From Heterodontus francisci (lineage: Eukaryota), in assembly GCF_036365525.1 (NCBI RefSeq), contig NC_090419.1, positions 11,780,001-11,828,796 on the forward strand: a stretch of DNA of 48,796 bases, written 5' to 3'. The notes under the pieces are model-generated. The model was not told the DNA's origin, made no database searches, and was given only the letters and a program-made list of their open reading frames with translations. Both the position numbers and the translations under genes were made by a program. This document shows positions 1 to 25,041 of the stretch, piece after piece; the stretch's first letter is position 1; every line of letters begins with the position of its first letter.

Positions 1-559
1 CAATGAAACCAGAACGGATCCTGGAATTAGAACACATTTTACTTTCGGGGGCACCCGAGAGGGTGTTAGACCTCGCAAAGGGGCCTCTAGCCTGTTCTCT
101 CGTTCACCTCTACCTTCATGTTACTGCCTTTGTCAGTTCACATTTCCCCTTTCTCTCTCTTCCTTTCTCTCTCTCCACTCTGCATCAGTCTCCCTTCCTC
201 TGTCTCCCTCACACTTTATCTCCCTCCCTCTCCTGCTGCTGATTCAACCTGCTTCCATTTCACAGCGGCCTGCTGGCCTTCCAGCACCTTGCCACAATGG
301 ATAATCTTAGCACCGGGGCCTTGTCAGTCCATCCCATCCTTGATTCTCGCACACGCCCTCTCCCACAGACATGTCCATCCCAATCAGGGCACTATCGTGT
401 CATAGTTATGGTACTGGATCCAGGGCTTCTGTCCTCAAAGACCATCAGTCAAGTAGTGTCATTGAATCCAATAAATTGGTGAGTTTACACCATGCCCACT
501 GACCATAAAGGTTTGGCGGACGATCATCAAATTCCAACAGACTCAATAACTCCCTTCAT

Positions 560-768
560 GGGAAGTGAAGCTACCACTCGTGACACTGCTGAGCCCACAT
601 GTGACCCCAGTCCTATAATGTGCTTGACCCTTAAACCACATTGCAAGCCGCTCCGTTGTAAGAACGGTTCCCATTGAGAAAGTCAACTCCATGTTCTTGG
701 GAGAATTGCGAATGGGCAATGAATGCCAGCCTTGGCCGAGATGCTCAGATCCTGAGAACAAAACATTT
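560..768 (+). mobile_element. Decayed SINE-like element with LINE-type 3' tail (copies at ~13060-13265 and ~25725-25928)
   Basis: CACATGTGACCCCAG...TTGACCCTTAA...GGGCAATGAATGCCAGCCTTGGCCGAGATGCTCAGATCCTGAGAAC resembles a retroposon 3' end recalled from elasmobranch genomes; not verified. Confidence 0.4.
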
Positions 769-789
769 CAATGGCTGGTCTGTCATCCT

Positions 790-1461
790 AGCTCAGGGGT
801 GCCGACATTGAGGGCAACGACGGGGATGGTGTATATAGGTAGCGTCAATGTCTAGTTCTGTAACTTCATGCTTCTGATTTAGGAATTACCAGCAAGGCCG
901 GAGTTTGACTGTGGACTGTATCTATCTGGTTCGAGCTAATGAGTGTGAGGAGGAGCTTTTACCTTGCCATGTCTATACTGTAAAGCACCAAATAGAAGGA
1001 AGACAGTGGAGGAGTAAATTGGAAGGAACAGTTCCGATAAATGGTAAAACAATAGAGTAATAATAATGGGAGAACATCAATGATCCTAATTCCTATCAGG
1101 GGGACAGGAAGGGCTTGCAATCCTGGAGCTACCTGGATGACTAAAAGAAATGGAGATGAAAAAGAAAGAGGAAAAGGTCGCTAACAATTAATATCAGCTT
1201 CATAATATGTTATTCAAGCTGTGTACTGAAAGTGCAGAGGAGAACTGGATAAAAAAAATGGATGGGAAAAGAGAATGCATAAGAATAGATCAATAGGTAA
1301 TATAAAAGGGATCACCAAAGCCTTTTTTTAAGCAGATAAAGAGTAAAAGGGTAGTGGAAGACAAATTTGAGCTGATTGAGGACCTGAAATGAAATCTCTC
1401 TGTGAAGGCAAAGGTCATCACCAGGGTACTTAATGAGTGCTTTGCATGTGTCTTCACTGAA
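790..1461 (+). mobile_element. Old, decayed CR1-type LINE ORF2 fragment (copies at ~13290-13953 and ~25950-26615)
   Basis: GTACTTAATGAGTGCTTTGCATGTGTCTTCACT reads VLNECFACVFT, like CR1 LNxYFASVFT; purine-rich LINE-like composition; no ORF. Confidence 0.55.
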
Positions 1462-3190
1462 TCAGAGAGATGAAATCTGACAGATTGTGTCTGATATATA
1501 GGGATCTGATGGATGATGTTTGGATGGGTGGATGTCTGACAGATGGTCGTCTGAAAGATGTCGATCTGTTAGATGTGTTTCTGATTGGTGGAGTCTGATG
1601 GACGTGCGGCGACCAGATGTTATTCTGATAGATGGGGGCGGGGTCTGATTGATTGGCGTGTGATACATGGGGATCAGACTGACCCGGGTCTGATGGGAGG
1701 GTGCGGGTGTGCGGCGGGTGGGGGCGGGGTTTTGATTGGTTGGATCTGATCGAAGAGGTATGAGGCGTGGATGTCTGATCGAGATGGTTTTGAGAGATGA
1801 GGTCTTACAGATGGGGTCTGATAGAGAGCGGTTCCGTGTCTCATTGATGAGGGACTGGTCGATAAGGGAGTGATAGATGGGGAGCTGATAGATGGGCGTC
1901 TCAAAGATGAGATCTGATCGATATGCGTCTGATAGATGAGATTTGCTGGTCGTCGGTTTGTTAGCAGTAGATGAATGAGGTATCGATCTGATGGATAACT
2001 GTCACTGATGCATCTTTGATCGGTTGGTGCCTGATAGATGAGGTCTGGTACATGGGGATGGATAGATGTGGGTCTGGTAGCTGGAGCCAGTCGGGAGGGT
2101 GTCTGATAGATGGGGAAGTCAGAGATGGGGCCTGAAAGATATTGTCACGATTGATGTGGGATCTCTCAGAAGACGTCTGAAGCATGTGGTCCGATGGATG
2201 GCTATCTGATATGTGGGGAAATGATAGTTAGGGTTCATCGAGATCGTGTCCAATAGATGTGGCTCTGATAAACGGAATTCTGAATGATTCGGAGTAGATG
2301 AAGCGGGTCTGAGCGATGGGGAACAGACAGATGAGGGTGTGACACATGGATGGAATCTAATGGATTGAGTCTGATCGATGGAGTATAATTGACACCGGTC
2401 TGGTGGATGTGGGTGTTAAGGCTGGGCTCATTCAGATGCGGGACAGATACACAGGGAGCGGATACATGGTGGACTGATAGATGGGGTCTGGCTGATGAGA
2501 CTTTGAGAGATGGGTTTTGATACATGTGGATCTGATCGATGTGGGTCTAACAGAGGTGTCTAATAGATAGAGTCAGTCAGGTGGGGTCCTGGTGGATTGG
2601 TATCAAACAGACGGGCTCTGAAAATGTTGATCCTGACAACCGCGGGCTTGATGGGATGTCGTTGATAGATACAGTCTGATACGGTCTGATGAATGGAGAT
2701 CTGAAAGAAGGGCTCTGACTGATGTTGCTACAATACATGGGGAGATAATATATGGGAACGGCAGATATGAATGAGATAATTGGTTGTATATAGTTGTGGG
2801 TCTGATGGATGATCTTCTGATATATGGGCTCTGAATCATGTTAAACGGGGATCTGATGAATGCGGTCTGAAAGATGTGAGTATGATAGAGGGGGTATAGT
2901 TGACAAGGGAATGAATGAATGAAGGGGATCTGTTCGATGTTGGTTCCATAGATTATGTGATGGATGGAATCTGATTGATGTATGTCTGAGTGATGGGAAT
3001 GTGACAGAAGAGAGTCAGATAGAAAAGGATCTGACAGGTCGCAGTGATCTGATGGATGGTGGTCTGATACATCAAATGGGTGGAGTCTGTTGGGGTCTGA
3101 TTGACGGGAGCCGGATGGATGGGGTTTGATTAACCGGGGTCTGAATGAAGTGTTCTGGTTGATCAGAGTTTGAGATAGGGGTCTGATAAA
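1462..3190. repeat. Degenerate TCTGATAGATGGGG-type low-complexity tract upstream of A1
   Basis: Dozens of imperfect TCTGAT(A/T)GATG(G/T)G motifs; strongly G/T/A-rich + strand. Confidence 0.8.
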
Positions 3191-3242
3191 CAAAGCTCGT
3201 CTCCCTTGTTGCCCAGTGCTCCTCACATCTTCAACACCTGGT

Positions 3243-3439
3243 CCCGCCTTTTACACAAAGCAAACAATCAGTGCTGAGCACCAACGTTCCATTTATGTTG
3301 ATGTTTCTCCAAGCAACCGGAGCCCTTTGTTCTCACAGACCAATAAGAAGTCGAGTTGGCTTCGGAGAATGAGGTATAAATAGGGCGAGCAGCAACAGAG
3401 GCAATACATTGACAGGAGCTGCGAGAATAGAAGGACATT
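3243..3439 (+). promoter_or_regulatory. Proximal promoter and 5' UTR of A1
   Basis: CCCGCC 3243-3248, CCAAT 3340-3344, TATAAATA 3375-3382, ~60 nt before ATG; layout shared by all five genes. Confidence 0.8.
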
Positions 3440-6803
<3,364 letters not shown>

Positions 6804-6874
6804 GTTTTATTAGTTTAGAAAGTACAAAGATTTTAACGTTTATTCATATTGATCTTATAACTATTATTGAAGTA

Positions 6875-6880
6875 AATAAA
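6875..6880 (+). terminator. Polyadenylation signal of A1
   Basis: AATAAA ~70 nt after stop, followed by GT/T-rich sequence; same context in all copies. Confidence 0.65.
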
Positions 6881-7074
6881 TTTATTGTAAATGATTTTGG
6901 AAGTGTGTCTCATTAAAGCACAAATGCACGAGAAGAGATTGAGAAACACGGTGTAAAAGAAGATTGAAGATGATCAATGGTCCCAGAAAGTGGGTTAATC
7001 AAACTCCACAGAGCTGCAGGCCAAGTGTCACACAGCATTTCAATCATTAAAACACTGTCCTAGAGTAGAGGTGG

Positions 7075-8440
7075 ATCCTAGTGATAATGGGTCTAGTTGA
7101 TTTGTGTTTGATTGATGGGTTTTACAAGCAGGGATCTGATAGACTGTTTCAGATCGATTGGAAACTGAATATCGGATATTGGGTTGAGGGGAATCTGATT
7201 AATAGGGTCTGATAAATGTGGGTTTGATAGATACTGGTCATTGATAGAATTCACAGATTGGAAGCTGATAGATCGGGGAGAATTCTTGACAGTCTAATCG
7301 ATGGGGAGCAGATTGGTGGGGATGTGAGAGATGAGGATCTGATTATTGGGGATGAGATTGAGGGGAATCTGTCCAATGGGGGTGGGATCGGTGGGAATTT
7401 GACTGATGGGATAGAAAACACGTTGATCTGATTGGTCATACTATTGATGTCACCCAGATTGCGATGTGAGAGATGGTGGCCTGATAAGTGTGGATCTAAT
7501 CGATGGCGAAAAATTGATCGGGAATATGATTGATTGGGAAGAGATTTTTGTGAATCTGATAGATGGTGACCGGTTGATGTGGGTCCTTGCTGGGTGTCAC
7601 AGGTTGGGACCACATCAATGGGATTCTGATAGATTTGACTCATGGGACTGTAATAAACTGAGGTCATCCATCTGCTGGCAGTGGATCTGATAGATGTAAA
7701 TCCTGGCCTGCTGGATTGGAATGTGATTGATGGGGTTCTGATCATTGCGGTCTTATTGACGGGAATGAGATTGAGTGGAATCTGATAGAAGGGGCTGATT
7801 AATGGGGAACTCGATGATGGATGATTGAATGATGGGGATCTGTTTATCAGCTGGATTGATAGGGTGTAGTTGCCAGGGCTGTTATAGATGGGGGTTTGTT
7901 TGACAGTTGCCTGATTAATGGGGAGGTCATGAATGTGCATCGGATTGACAGGCCTCTGACTCATCTCAATCTGATTGGGGGAGATGAAAGAAGGCCTGAT
8001 TAATGAGAGTCTGGTTGATGATAATGTGTTTATGGGGCCTGGTTTATGGAGTTAAGATTGATGATGGTTTTTAAAATGGGGTCTAATTGATGAGGGTATG
8101 ATGATCAGGTTCTGATTGTTGGAGGTCTGATACATGAGGTCAGACTGATGACAGTCTGTTGGACAGGGTGTGTGATAGTACGGGTCTGATTACGAGGAGT
8201 TTGATAGTTGGCGCCTCACTGATGGTAATCTGGTAGATGGTTGATTGGCGGGTATCTGTTGGAAGGGGGTCTGATCGCTGCGGTCTGTTTGATGGTAATC
8301 TGAGTGAAGGAAATCTGATAGATGCACTCTAATTGATGGAGGACTCATTGATGGGGATGTGAATGATGTTGTATACTGGGCCAGGCTCTGATGGTTGTGG
8401 CTCTGCAAGAAAGATGTGGGTTGATAGATTCCAGCATTTT
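7075..8440. repeat. Degenerate CTGAT(T/A)GATGGG tract between A1 and B1
   Basis: Same motif family as 1462-3190 but not colinear with it. Confidence 0.75.
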
Positions 8441-8574
8441 GTGTGCGAATTTCAAATTTCCAGCATTTATTTCTCAATCGACACCAATTGTTGCTTTGTC
8501 AAAGACAACCACATATTGGTAATTGAATCAGTAAAGCAATCAGTAGTTAAATAACACAAGATGCTCTTATAGTT

Positions 8575-8750
8575 CTCAAAGACCAATGGATTTGTCAACA
8601 TGCACAACATATTGACAGGAGCTGCGACAATAGAAGGACATTTTGGTAAGAACACGTGTTGCAATGCAGAGAGTGAGGGTGTTTCACACAGATAGAACGG
8701 TCCACAGGGCTCTGATTGATGGGGGCTGATTAACGGGGGCTTGAGCTGGG
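8575..8750 (+). pseudogene. Orphan relic of tubulin exon 1 and intron-1 start (ATG mutated to TTG at 8643-8645; TATA segment missing)
   Basis: GACCAAT...ATTGACAGGAGCTGCGACAATAGAAGGACATTTTGGTAAG closely matches real exon 1 and donor at 9015-9054. Confidence 0.8.
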
Positions 8751-8849
8751 ATCTGATTGATCATCGCTTGAAATGGGGGACTGAGAGACAAAGCTCATCT
8801 CCCTGGTTACCTGGTGCTCTTCCCATAATCAATTGTGGCGAGCACTCGG

Positions 8850-9046
8850 CCCCGCCCTTTGCACAAAGCAGCCAATCAGCGCTGTGCACAGTCATGCCTT
8901 CTTTGCTGGGTTTCTCCAAGCAACAAGAGCCTTTTGTTCCCACAGACCAATCAGACCTCGACTTGGCAAAATATGCTGCGGTATAAATAGCGCGAACGGC
9001 AACATCCGCAACACATTGAGAGGAGCTGCGAGAATAGAAGGACATT
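8850..9046 (+). promoter_or_regulatory. Proximal promoter and 5' UTR of B1
   Basis: CCCCGCCC 8850-8857, CCAAT 8872-8876 and 8947-8951, TATAAATA 8982-8989. Confidence 0.8.
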
Positions 9047-12245
<3,199 letters not shown>

Positions 12246-12371
12246 GATTTATTCATTTAGAATGTTAAAATAGTTTAATTAAATTTCTCAAGTCGCAAAC
12301 AGACTTATTAATGTAGAGAGTCCAAAGCTTTAAGTTAATTACACATCGATGTTAATAATCATAAATATGAA

Positions 12372-12377
12372 AATAAA
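12372..12377 (+). terminator. Polyadenylation signal of B1
   Basis: AATAAA ~125 nt after stop, in a context homologous to the type A signal. Confidence 0.65.
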
Positions 12378-13953
12378 TGTATTTGCAAATGATTTTTGAA
12401 TTGTGTCCGTTTGAATGCTAAGAATATACAAGAGGTTGGAAAACACGGTGTGATAATACTTGAAGTTCAAAGAGGATCATTGAAACCAGAACGGGAGTTC
12501 ATAAAACCCGCAGGATCCTGGAATTAGAACACATTTTACTTTCGGGGGCACCCGAGAGGGTGTTAGACCTCGCAAAGGGGCCTCTAGCCTGTTCTCTCGT
12601 TCACCTCTACCTTCATGTTACTGCCTTTGTCAGTTCACATTTCCCCTTTCTCTCTCTTCCTTTCTCTCTCTCCACCCTGCATCAGTCTCCCACCCTCTGT
12701 CTCCCTCCCGCTTTATCTCCCTCCCTCTCCTGCTGCTGATTCATCCTGCTTCCATTTCACAGCGGCCTGCTGTCCTTCCAGCACCTTGCCACAATGGATA
12801 ATCTTAGCACCGGGGCCTTGTCATTCCGTCCCATCCTTGATTCTCGCACACGCCCTCTCCCACAGATATGTCCTTCCCAATCAGGGCACCATAGTGTCAT
12901 TGTTATGGTACTGGATCCAGGGCTTCTGTCCTCAAAGACCATCAGTCAAGTAGTGTCATTGAATACAATAAATTGGTGAGTTTACACCATGCCCACTGAC
13001 CATAAAGGTTTGGCGAACGATCATCAAATTCCAACAGACTCAATATCTCCATTCAGAGGAAGGGAAGCTGCCACTCGTGACACTGCTGAGCCCACATGTG
13101 ACCCCAGTCCTATAATGTGCTTGACCCTTAAACCACATTGCAAGCCGCTCCAATGTAAGAACAGTTCCTACTGAGAAAGTCAACTCCATGTTCTGGGAGA
13201 ATTGCGAATGGGCAATGAATGCCAGCCTTGGCCGAGATGCTCAGATTCTGAGAACAAAACATTTCAATAGCTGGTCTGTCATCCCGAGCTCAGGCTTGCC
13301 GACACTGAGGAGAACGACGGGGATGGTGTATATAGGTAGAGTCAATGTCTAGTTCTGTAACTTCATTCTTCTATTTGGGGATTACCAGCAAGGCTGGAGT
13401 TTGACTGTGGACTGTATCTGTCTGGTTCGAGCTAATGAGTGCGAGGAGGAGCTTTTCCCTTGCCATGTCTATACTGTAAAGCACCAACTAGAAGGAAGAC
13501 AGTGGAGGAGTAAATTTAAAGGGATATTTCAGAAAAATGGTAAAATAATAGAGTAGTAATAATGGGGGAACATCCATGATCCTAATTCCTATCAGGGAGA
13601 CAGGAAGGGCTTGCAAACCTGGAGCTACCTGGATGACTAAAGAAATTGAGATGAAAACGAAAGAGGAAAAGGTCGCGAACAATTAATATCAGTTTCATAA
13701 TATGTTATTCAAGCTGTGTACTGAAAGTGCAGAGGAGAACTGGATAAAAGAATGGATGGGCAAAGAGAATGCATAAGAATAGATCAATAGGTAATATTAA
13801 AGGGATAACCAAAGCCTTTTTTAAGCAGATAAATAGTAAAAGATAGTCGCAGAAAGGTTTGGGCAGATTGAGGACCTGAAATGAAATCTCTCTGTGAAGG
13901 CAAAGGACATCACCAGGGTACTTAATGAGTGCTTTGCATGTGTCTTCACTGAA

Positions 13954-15850
13954 TCAGAGAGATGAAATCTGACAGATTGTGTCTGATATATAGGGATCTG
14001 ATGGATGATGTTTGGATGGGTGGATGTCTGACAGATGGTCGTCTGAAAGATGTCGATCTGTTAGATGTGTTTCTGATTGGTGGAGTCTGATGGATGTGGG
14101 GAGGCGAGATGTTGGTCTGATAGATGGGGGCGGGGTCTGATTGATTGGCGTGTGATACATGGGGATCTGACAGACCGGGGTCTGATGGGAGGGTGCGGGT
14201 GTGCGGGGCGTAGGGGAGTGTTCTGATTGGTTGGAGCTGATAGAAGGGCTGTGACGCGTGGTTGCCTGGTGAATGTGGTTTTGAGAGATGGGGTCTTATA
14301 GATGGGGTCTGATAGAGTGTGACTACGTGTTTCTGATGAGGATCTGGGCGATAAGAGAGTGATAGATGGGGAGCTGATAGATGGGCGTCTCATAGATGAG
14401 ATCTGATCGATATGCGTCTGATAGATGAGATTTGCTGGTCGTCGGTTTGTTAGCAGTAGATGAATGAGGTATCGATCTGATGGATAACTGTCACTGATGC
14501 AGCTCTGATCGGTTGGTGCCTGATAGATGAGGTCTGGTACATGGGGATGGATAGATGTGGGTCTGGTAGCTGGAGCCGGTCAGGAGGGTGTCTGATGAAT
14601 GGAGATTTCAGAGTTGGGGCCTGAAAGATATTGTCACGGTTGATGTGGGATCTCTCAGAAGACGTCTGAAGCATGTGGCCTGATAGATGGCTATCTGATA
14701 TGTGGGGAAATGATAGTTAGTGGACATTTAGATCGTGTCTGATAGGTGGGGCTGTGATAAACGGAGTTCTGAATGATTCGGATTAGACGAAGCGGGTCTG
14801 ATAGATGTGGAATTTATTTAGATGGGATCTGTCAAGATGTGTAGTTGATAGATGATGAATGACAGATATTGTCTGGCAGGTGTAAGTCTGTTTTTGGGGG
14901 GTGAGACAGAAGTGGGTCTGCGGATGGTGATCTAATAGATGTGATGTGACATATGTGGGTCTGATAGAAGAGAATCTGATAGATGGAATGATGAGGATAT
15001 GACATATGGATGGAATCTAATGGATTGAGTCTGATCGATGGAGTCTAATTGACACCGGTCTGGTGGATGTGGGTGTTAAGGCTGGGCCCATACAGACGCG
15101 GGACTGATACACAGGGAGCTGATACATGGTGGACTGATAGTTGGGGTCTGGCTGATGAGACTTTGAGAGATGGGAGCTGATACATGTGGATCTGATCGAT
15201 GTGCGTCTAACAGAGGTGTCTAATAGATACAGTCAGTCAGGTGGGGTCCTGGTGGATTGGTATCAAACAGACGGGCTCTGAAAATGTTGGTCCTGACAAC
15301 CGCGGGCTTGATGGGATGTCGTTGATAGATACAGTCTGATACGGTCTGATGAATGGAGATCTGAAAGAAGGGCTCTGACTGATGTAGCTACAATACATGG
15401 GGAGATAATATATGGGAACGGCAGATATGAATGAGATAATTGGTTGTATATAGTTGTGGGTCTGATGGATGATCTTCTGATATATGGTTTCTGAATCATG
15501 TTAAACGGGGATCTGATGGATGCGGTCTGAAAGATGTGAATATGATAGAGGGGGTATAGTTGACAAGGGAATGAATGAATGAAGTGGATCTGATCGATGT
15601 TGGTTTCATAGATTATGTGATAAATGGAGTCTGATTGATGTATGTCTGAGTGATGGGAATCTGACAGAAGAGAGTCAGATAGAAAAGGGTCTGACAGGTC
15701 GCAGTGATCTGATGGATGGTGGTCTGATACATCAAATGGGTGGAGTCTGTTGGGGTCTGATTGACGGGGGCCGGATGGATGGGGTCTGATTAACCGGGGT
15801 CTGAATGAAGGGTTCTGGTAGATCAGGGTTTGTGATGGGGGTCTGATAAA
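13954..15850. repeat. Degenerate TCTGATAGATGGGG tract upstream of A2
   Basis: Paralogous to 1462-3190. Confidence 0.8.
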
Positions 15851-15902
15851 CAAAGCTCGTCTCCCTTGTTGCCCAGTGCTCCTCACATCTTCAACACCTG
15901 GT

Positions 15903-16099
15903 CCCGCCTTTTACACAAAGCAAACAATCAACACTGAGCACCAACGTTCCATTTATGTTGATGTTTCTCCAAGCAACCGGAGCCCTTTGTTCTCACAGAC
16001 CAATAAGAAGTCGAGTTGGCTTCGGAGAATGAGGTATAAATAGGGCGAGCAGCAACATAGGCAATACATTGACAGGAGCTGCGAGAATAGAAGGACATT
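15903..16099 (+). promoter_or_regulatory. Proximal promoter and 5' UTR of A2
   Basis: GC box, CCAAT 16000-16004, TATAAATA 16035-16042. Confidence 0.8.
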
Positions 16100-19462
<3,363 letters not shown>

Positions 19463-19533
19463 GTTTTATTAGTTTAGAAAGTACAAAGATTTTAACGTTT
19501 ATTCATATTGATCTTATAACTATTATTGAAGTA

Positions 19534-19539
19534 AATAAA
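19534..19539 (+). terminator. Polyadenylation signal of A2
   Basis: AATAAA homologous to A1. Confidence 0.65.
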
Positions 19540-19734
19540 TTTATTGTAAATGATTTTGGAAGTGTGTCTCATTAAAACACAAATGCACGAGAAGAGATTG
19601 AGAAACACGGTGTAAAAGAAGATAGAAGATGATCAATGGTCCCAGAAAGTGGGTTAATCAAACTCCACAGAGATGCAGGCCAAGTGTCACACAGCATTTC
19701 AATCATTAAAACACTGTCCTAGAGTAGAGGTGGA

Positions 19735-21100
19735 TCCTAGTGATAATGGGTCTAGTTGATTTGTGTTTGATTGATGGGTTTTACAAGCAGGGATCTGATA
19801 GACTGTTTCAGATCGATTGGAAACTGAATATCGGATATTGGGTTGAGGGGAATGTGATTAATAGGGTCTGATAAATGTGGGTTTGATAGATACTGGTCAT
19901 TGATAGAATTCACAGATTGGAAGCTGATAGATCGGGGAGAATTCTTGACAGTCTAATCGATGGGGAGCAGATTGGTGGGGATGTGAGAGATGAGGATCTG
20001 ATTATTGGGGATTAGATTGAGGGGAATCTGTTCAATGGGGGTGGGATCGGTGGGAATTTGACTGATGGGATAGAATACACGTTGATCTGATTGGTCATAC
20101 TATTGATGTCTCCCAGATTGCGATGTGAGAGATGGTGGCCTGATAAGTGTGGATCTAATCGATGGCGAAAAATTGATCGGGAATATGATTGATTGGGAAG
20201 AGATTTTTGTGAATCTGATAGATGGTGACCGGTTGATGTGGGTCCTTGCTGGGTGTCACAGGTTGGGACCACATCAATGGGAATCTGATAGATTTGACTC
20301 ATGGGACTGTAATAAACTGAGGTCATCCATCTGCTGGCAGTGGATCTGATAGATGTAAATGCTGGCCTGCTGGATTGGAATGTGATTGATGGGGTTCTGA
20401 TCATTGTGGTCTTATTGACGGGAATGAGATTGAGTGGAATCTGATAGAAGGGGCTGATTAATGGGGAACTGGATGATGGATGATTGAATGATGGGGATCT
20501 GTTTATCAGCTGGATTGATAGGGTGTAGTTGCCAGGGCTGTTATAGATGGGGGTTTGTTTGACGGTTGCCTGATTAATGGGGAGGTCATGAATGTGCATC
20601 GGATTGACAGGCCTCTGACTCATCTCAATCTGATTGGGGGAGATGAAAGAAGGCCTGATTAATGAGAGTCTGGTTGATGATAATGTGTTTATGGGGCCTG
20701 GTTTATGGAGTTAAGATTGATGATGGTCTTTAAAATGGGGTCTAATTGATGAGGGTATGATGATCAGGTTCTGATTGTTGGAGGTCTGATACATGAGGGT
20801 TTGACTGATGACAGTCTGTTGGACAGGGTGTGTGATAGTACGGGTCTGATTACGAGGAGTTTGATAGTTGGCGCCTCACTGATGGTAATCTGGTAGATGG
20901 TTGATTGGCGGGTATCTGTTGGAAGGGGGTCTGATCGCTGCGGTCTGTTTGATGGTAATCTGAGTGAAGGAAATCTGATAGATGCACTCTAATTGATGGA
21001 GGACTCATTGATGGGGATGTGAATGATGTTGTATACTGGGCCAGGCTCTGATGGTTGTGGCTCTGCAAGAAAGATGTGGGTTGATAGATTCCAGCATTTT
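19735..21100. repeat. Degenerate CTGAT(T/A)GATGGG tract between A2 and B2
   Basis: Paralogous to 7075-8440. Confidence 0.75.
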
Positions 21101-21234
21101 GCGTGCGAATTTCAAATTTACAGCATTTATTTCTCAATAGACTCCAATTGTTGCATTGTCAAAGACAACCACATATTGGTAATTGAATCAGTAAAGCAAT
21201 CAGTAGTTTCATAACACAAGATGCTCTTATAGTT

Positions 21235-21410
21235 CTCAAAGACCAATGGATTTGTCAACATGCACAACATGTTGACATGAGCTGCGAGAATCAGAGGTCA
21301 TTATAGTAAGAACACGTGTTACAATGCGGAGAGTGAGGGTGTTCCACGCAGATTGAACGGTCCACACGGCTCTGATTGATGGGGGCTGATTAACGGGGGC
21401 TTGAGCTGGG
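21235..21410 (+). pseudogene. Orphan exon-1 relic, second copy (ATG mutated to ATA at 21303-21305)
   Basis: Homologous to 8575-8750 and to real exon 1. Confidence 0.8.
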
Positions 21411-21509
21411 ATCTGATTGATCATCGCTTGAAATGGGGGACTGATAGACAAAGCTCATCTCCCTGGTTACCTGGTGCTCCTCCCATAATCAATTGTGGTG
21501 AGCACTCGG

Positions 21510-21706
21510 CCCCGCCCTTTGCACAAAGCAGCCAATCAGCGCTGTGCACAGTCATGCCTTCTTTGCTGGGTTTCTCCAAGCAACAAGAGCCTTTTGTTCC
21601 CACAGACCAATCAGACCTCGAGTTGGCAAAATATGCTGCGGTATAAATAGCGCGAACGGCAACATCCGCAACACATTGAGAGCAGCTGCGAGAATAGAAG
21701 GACATT
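21510..21706 (+). promoter_or_regulatory. Proximal promoter and 5' UTR of B2
   Basis: GC box, two CCAAT boxes, TATAAATA 21642-21649. Confidence 0.8.
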
Positions 21707-24909
<3,203 letters not shown>

Positions 24910-25035
24910 GATTTATTCATTTAGAATGTTAAAATAGTTTAATTAAATTTCTCAAGTCGCAAACAGACTTATTAATGTAGAGAGTCCACAGCTTTAACTT
25001 AATTTCACATCGATGTTAATAATCATAATTATGAA

Positions 25036-25041
25036 AATAAA
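25036..25041 (+). terminator. Polyadenylation signal of B2
   Basis: AATAAA homologous to B1. Confidence 0.65.

Noticed and set aside
1462-3226. Minus-strand His/Ser/Pro/Asp-rich ORFs in the spacers
   Set aside because: Translation of the low-complexity tract; ORF limits vary between paralogous units through indels and stops.
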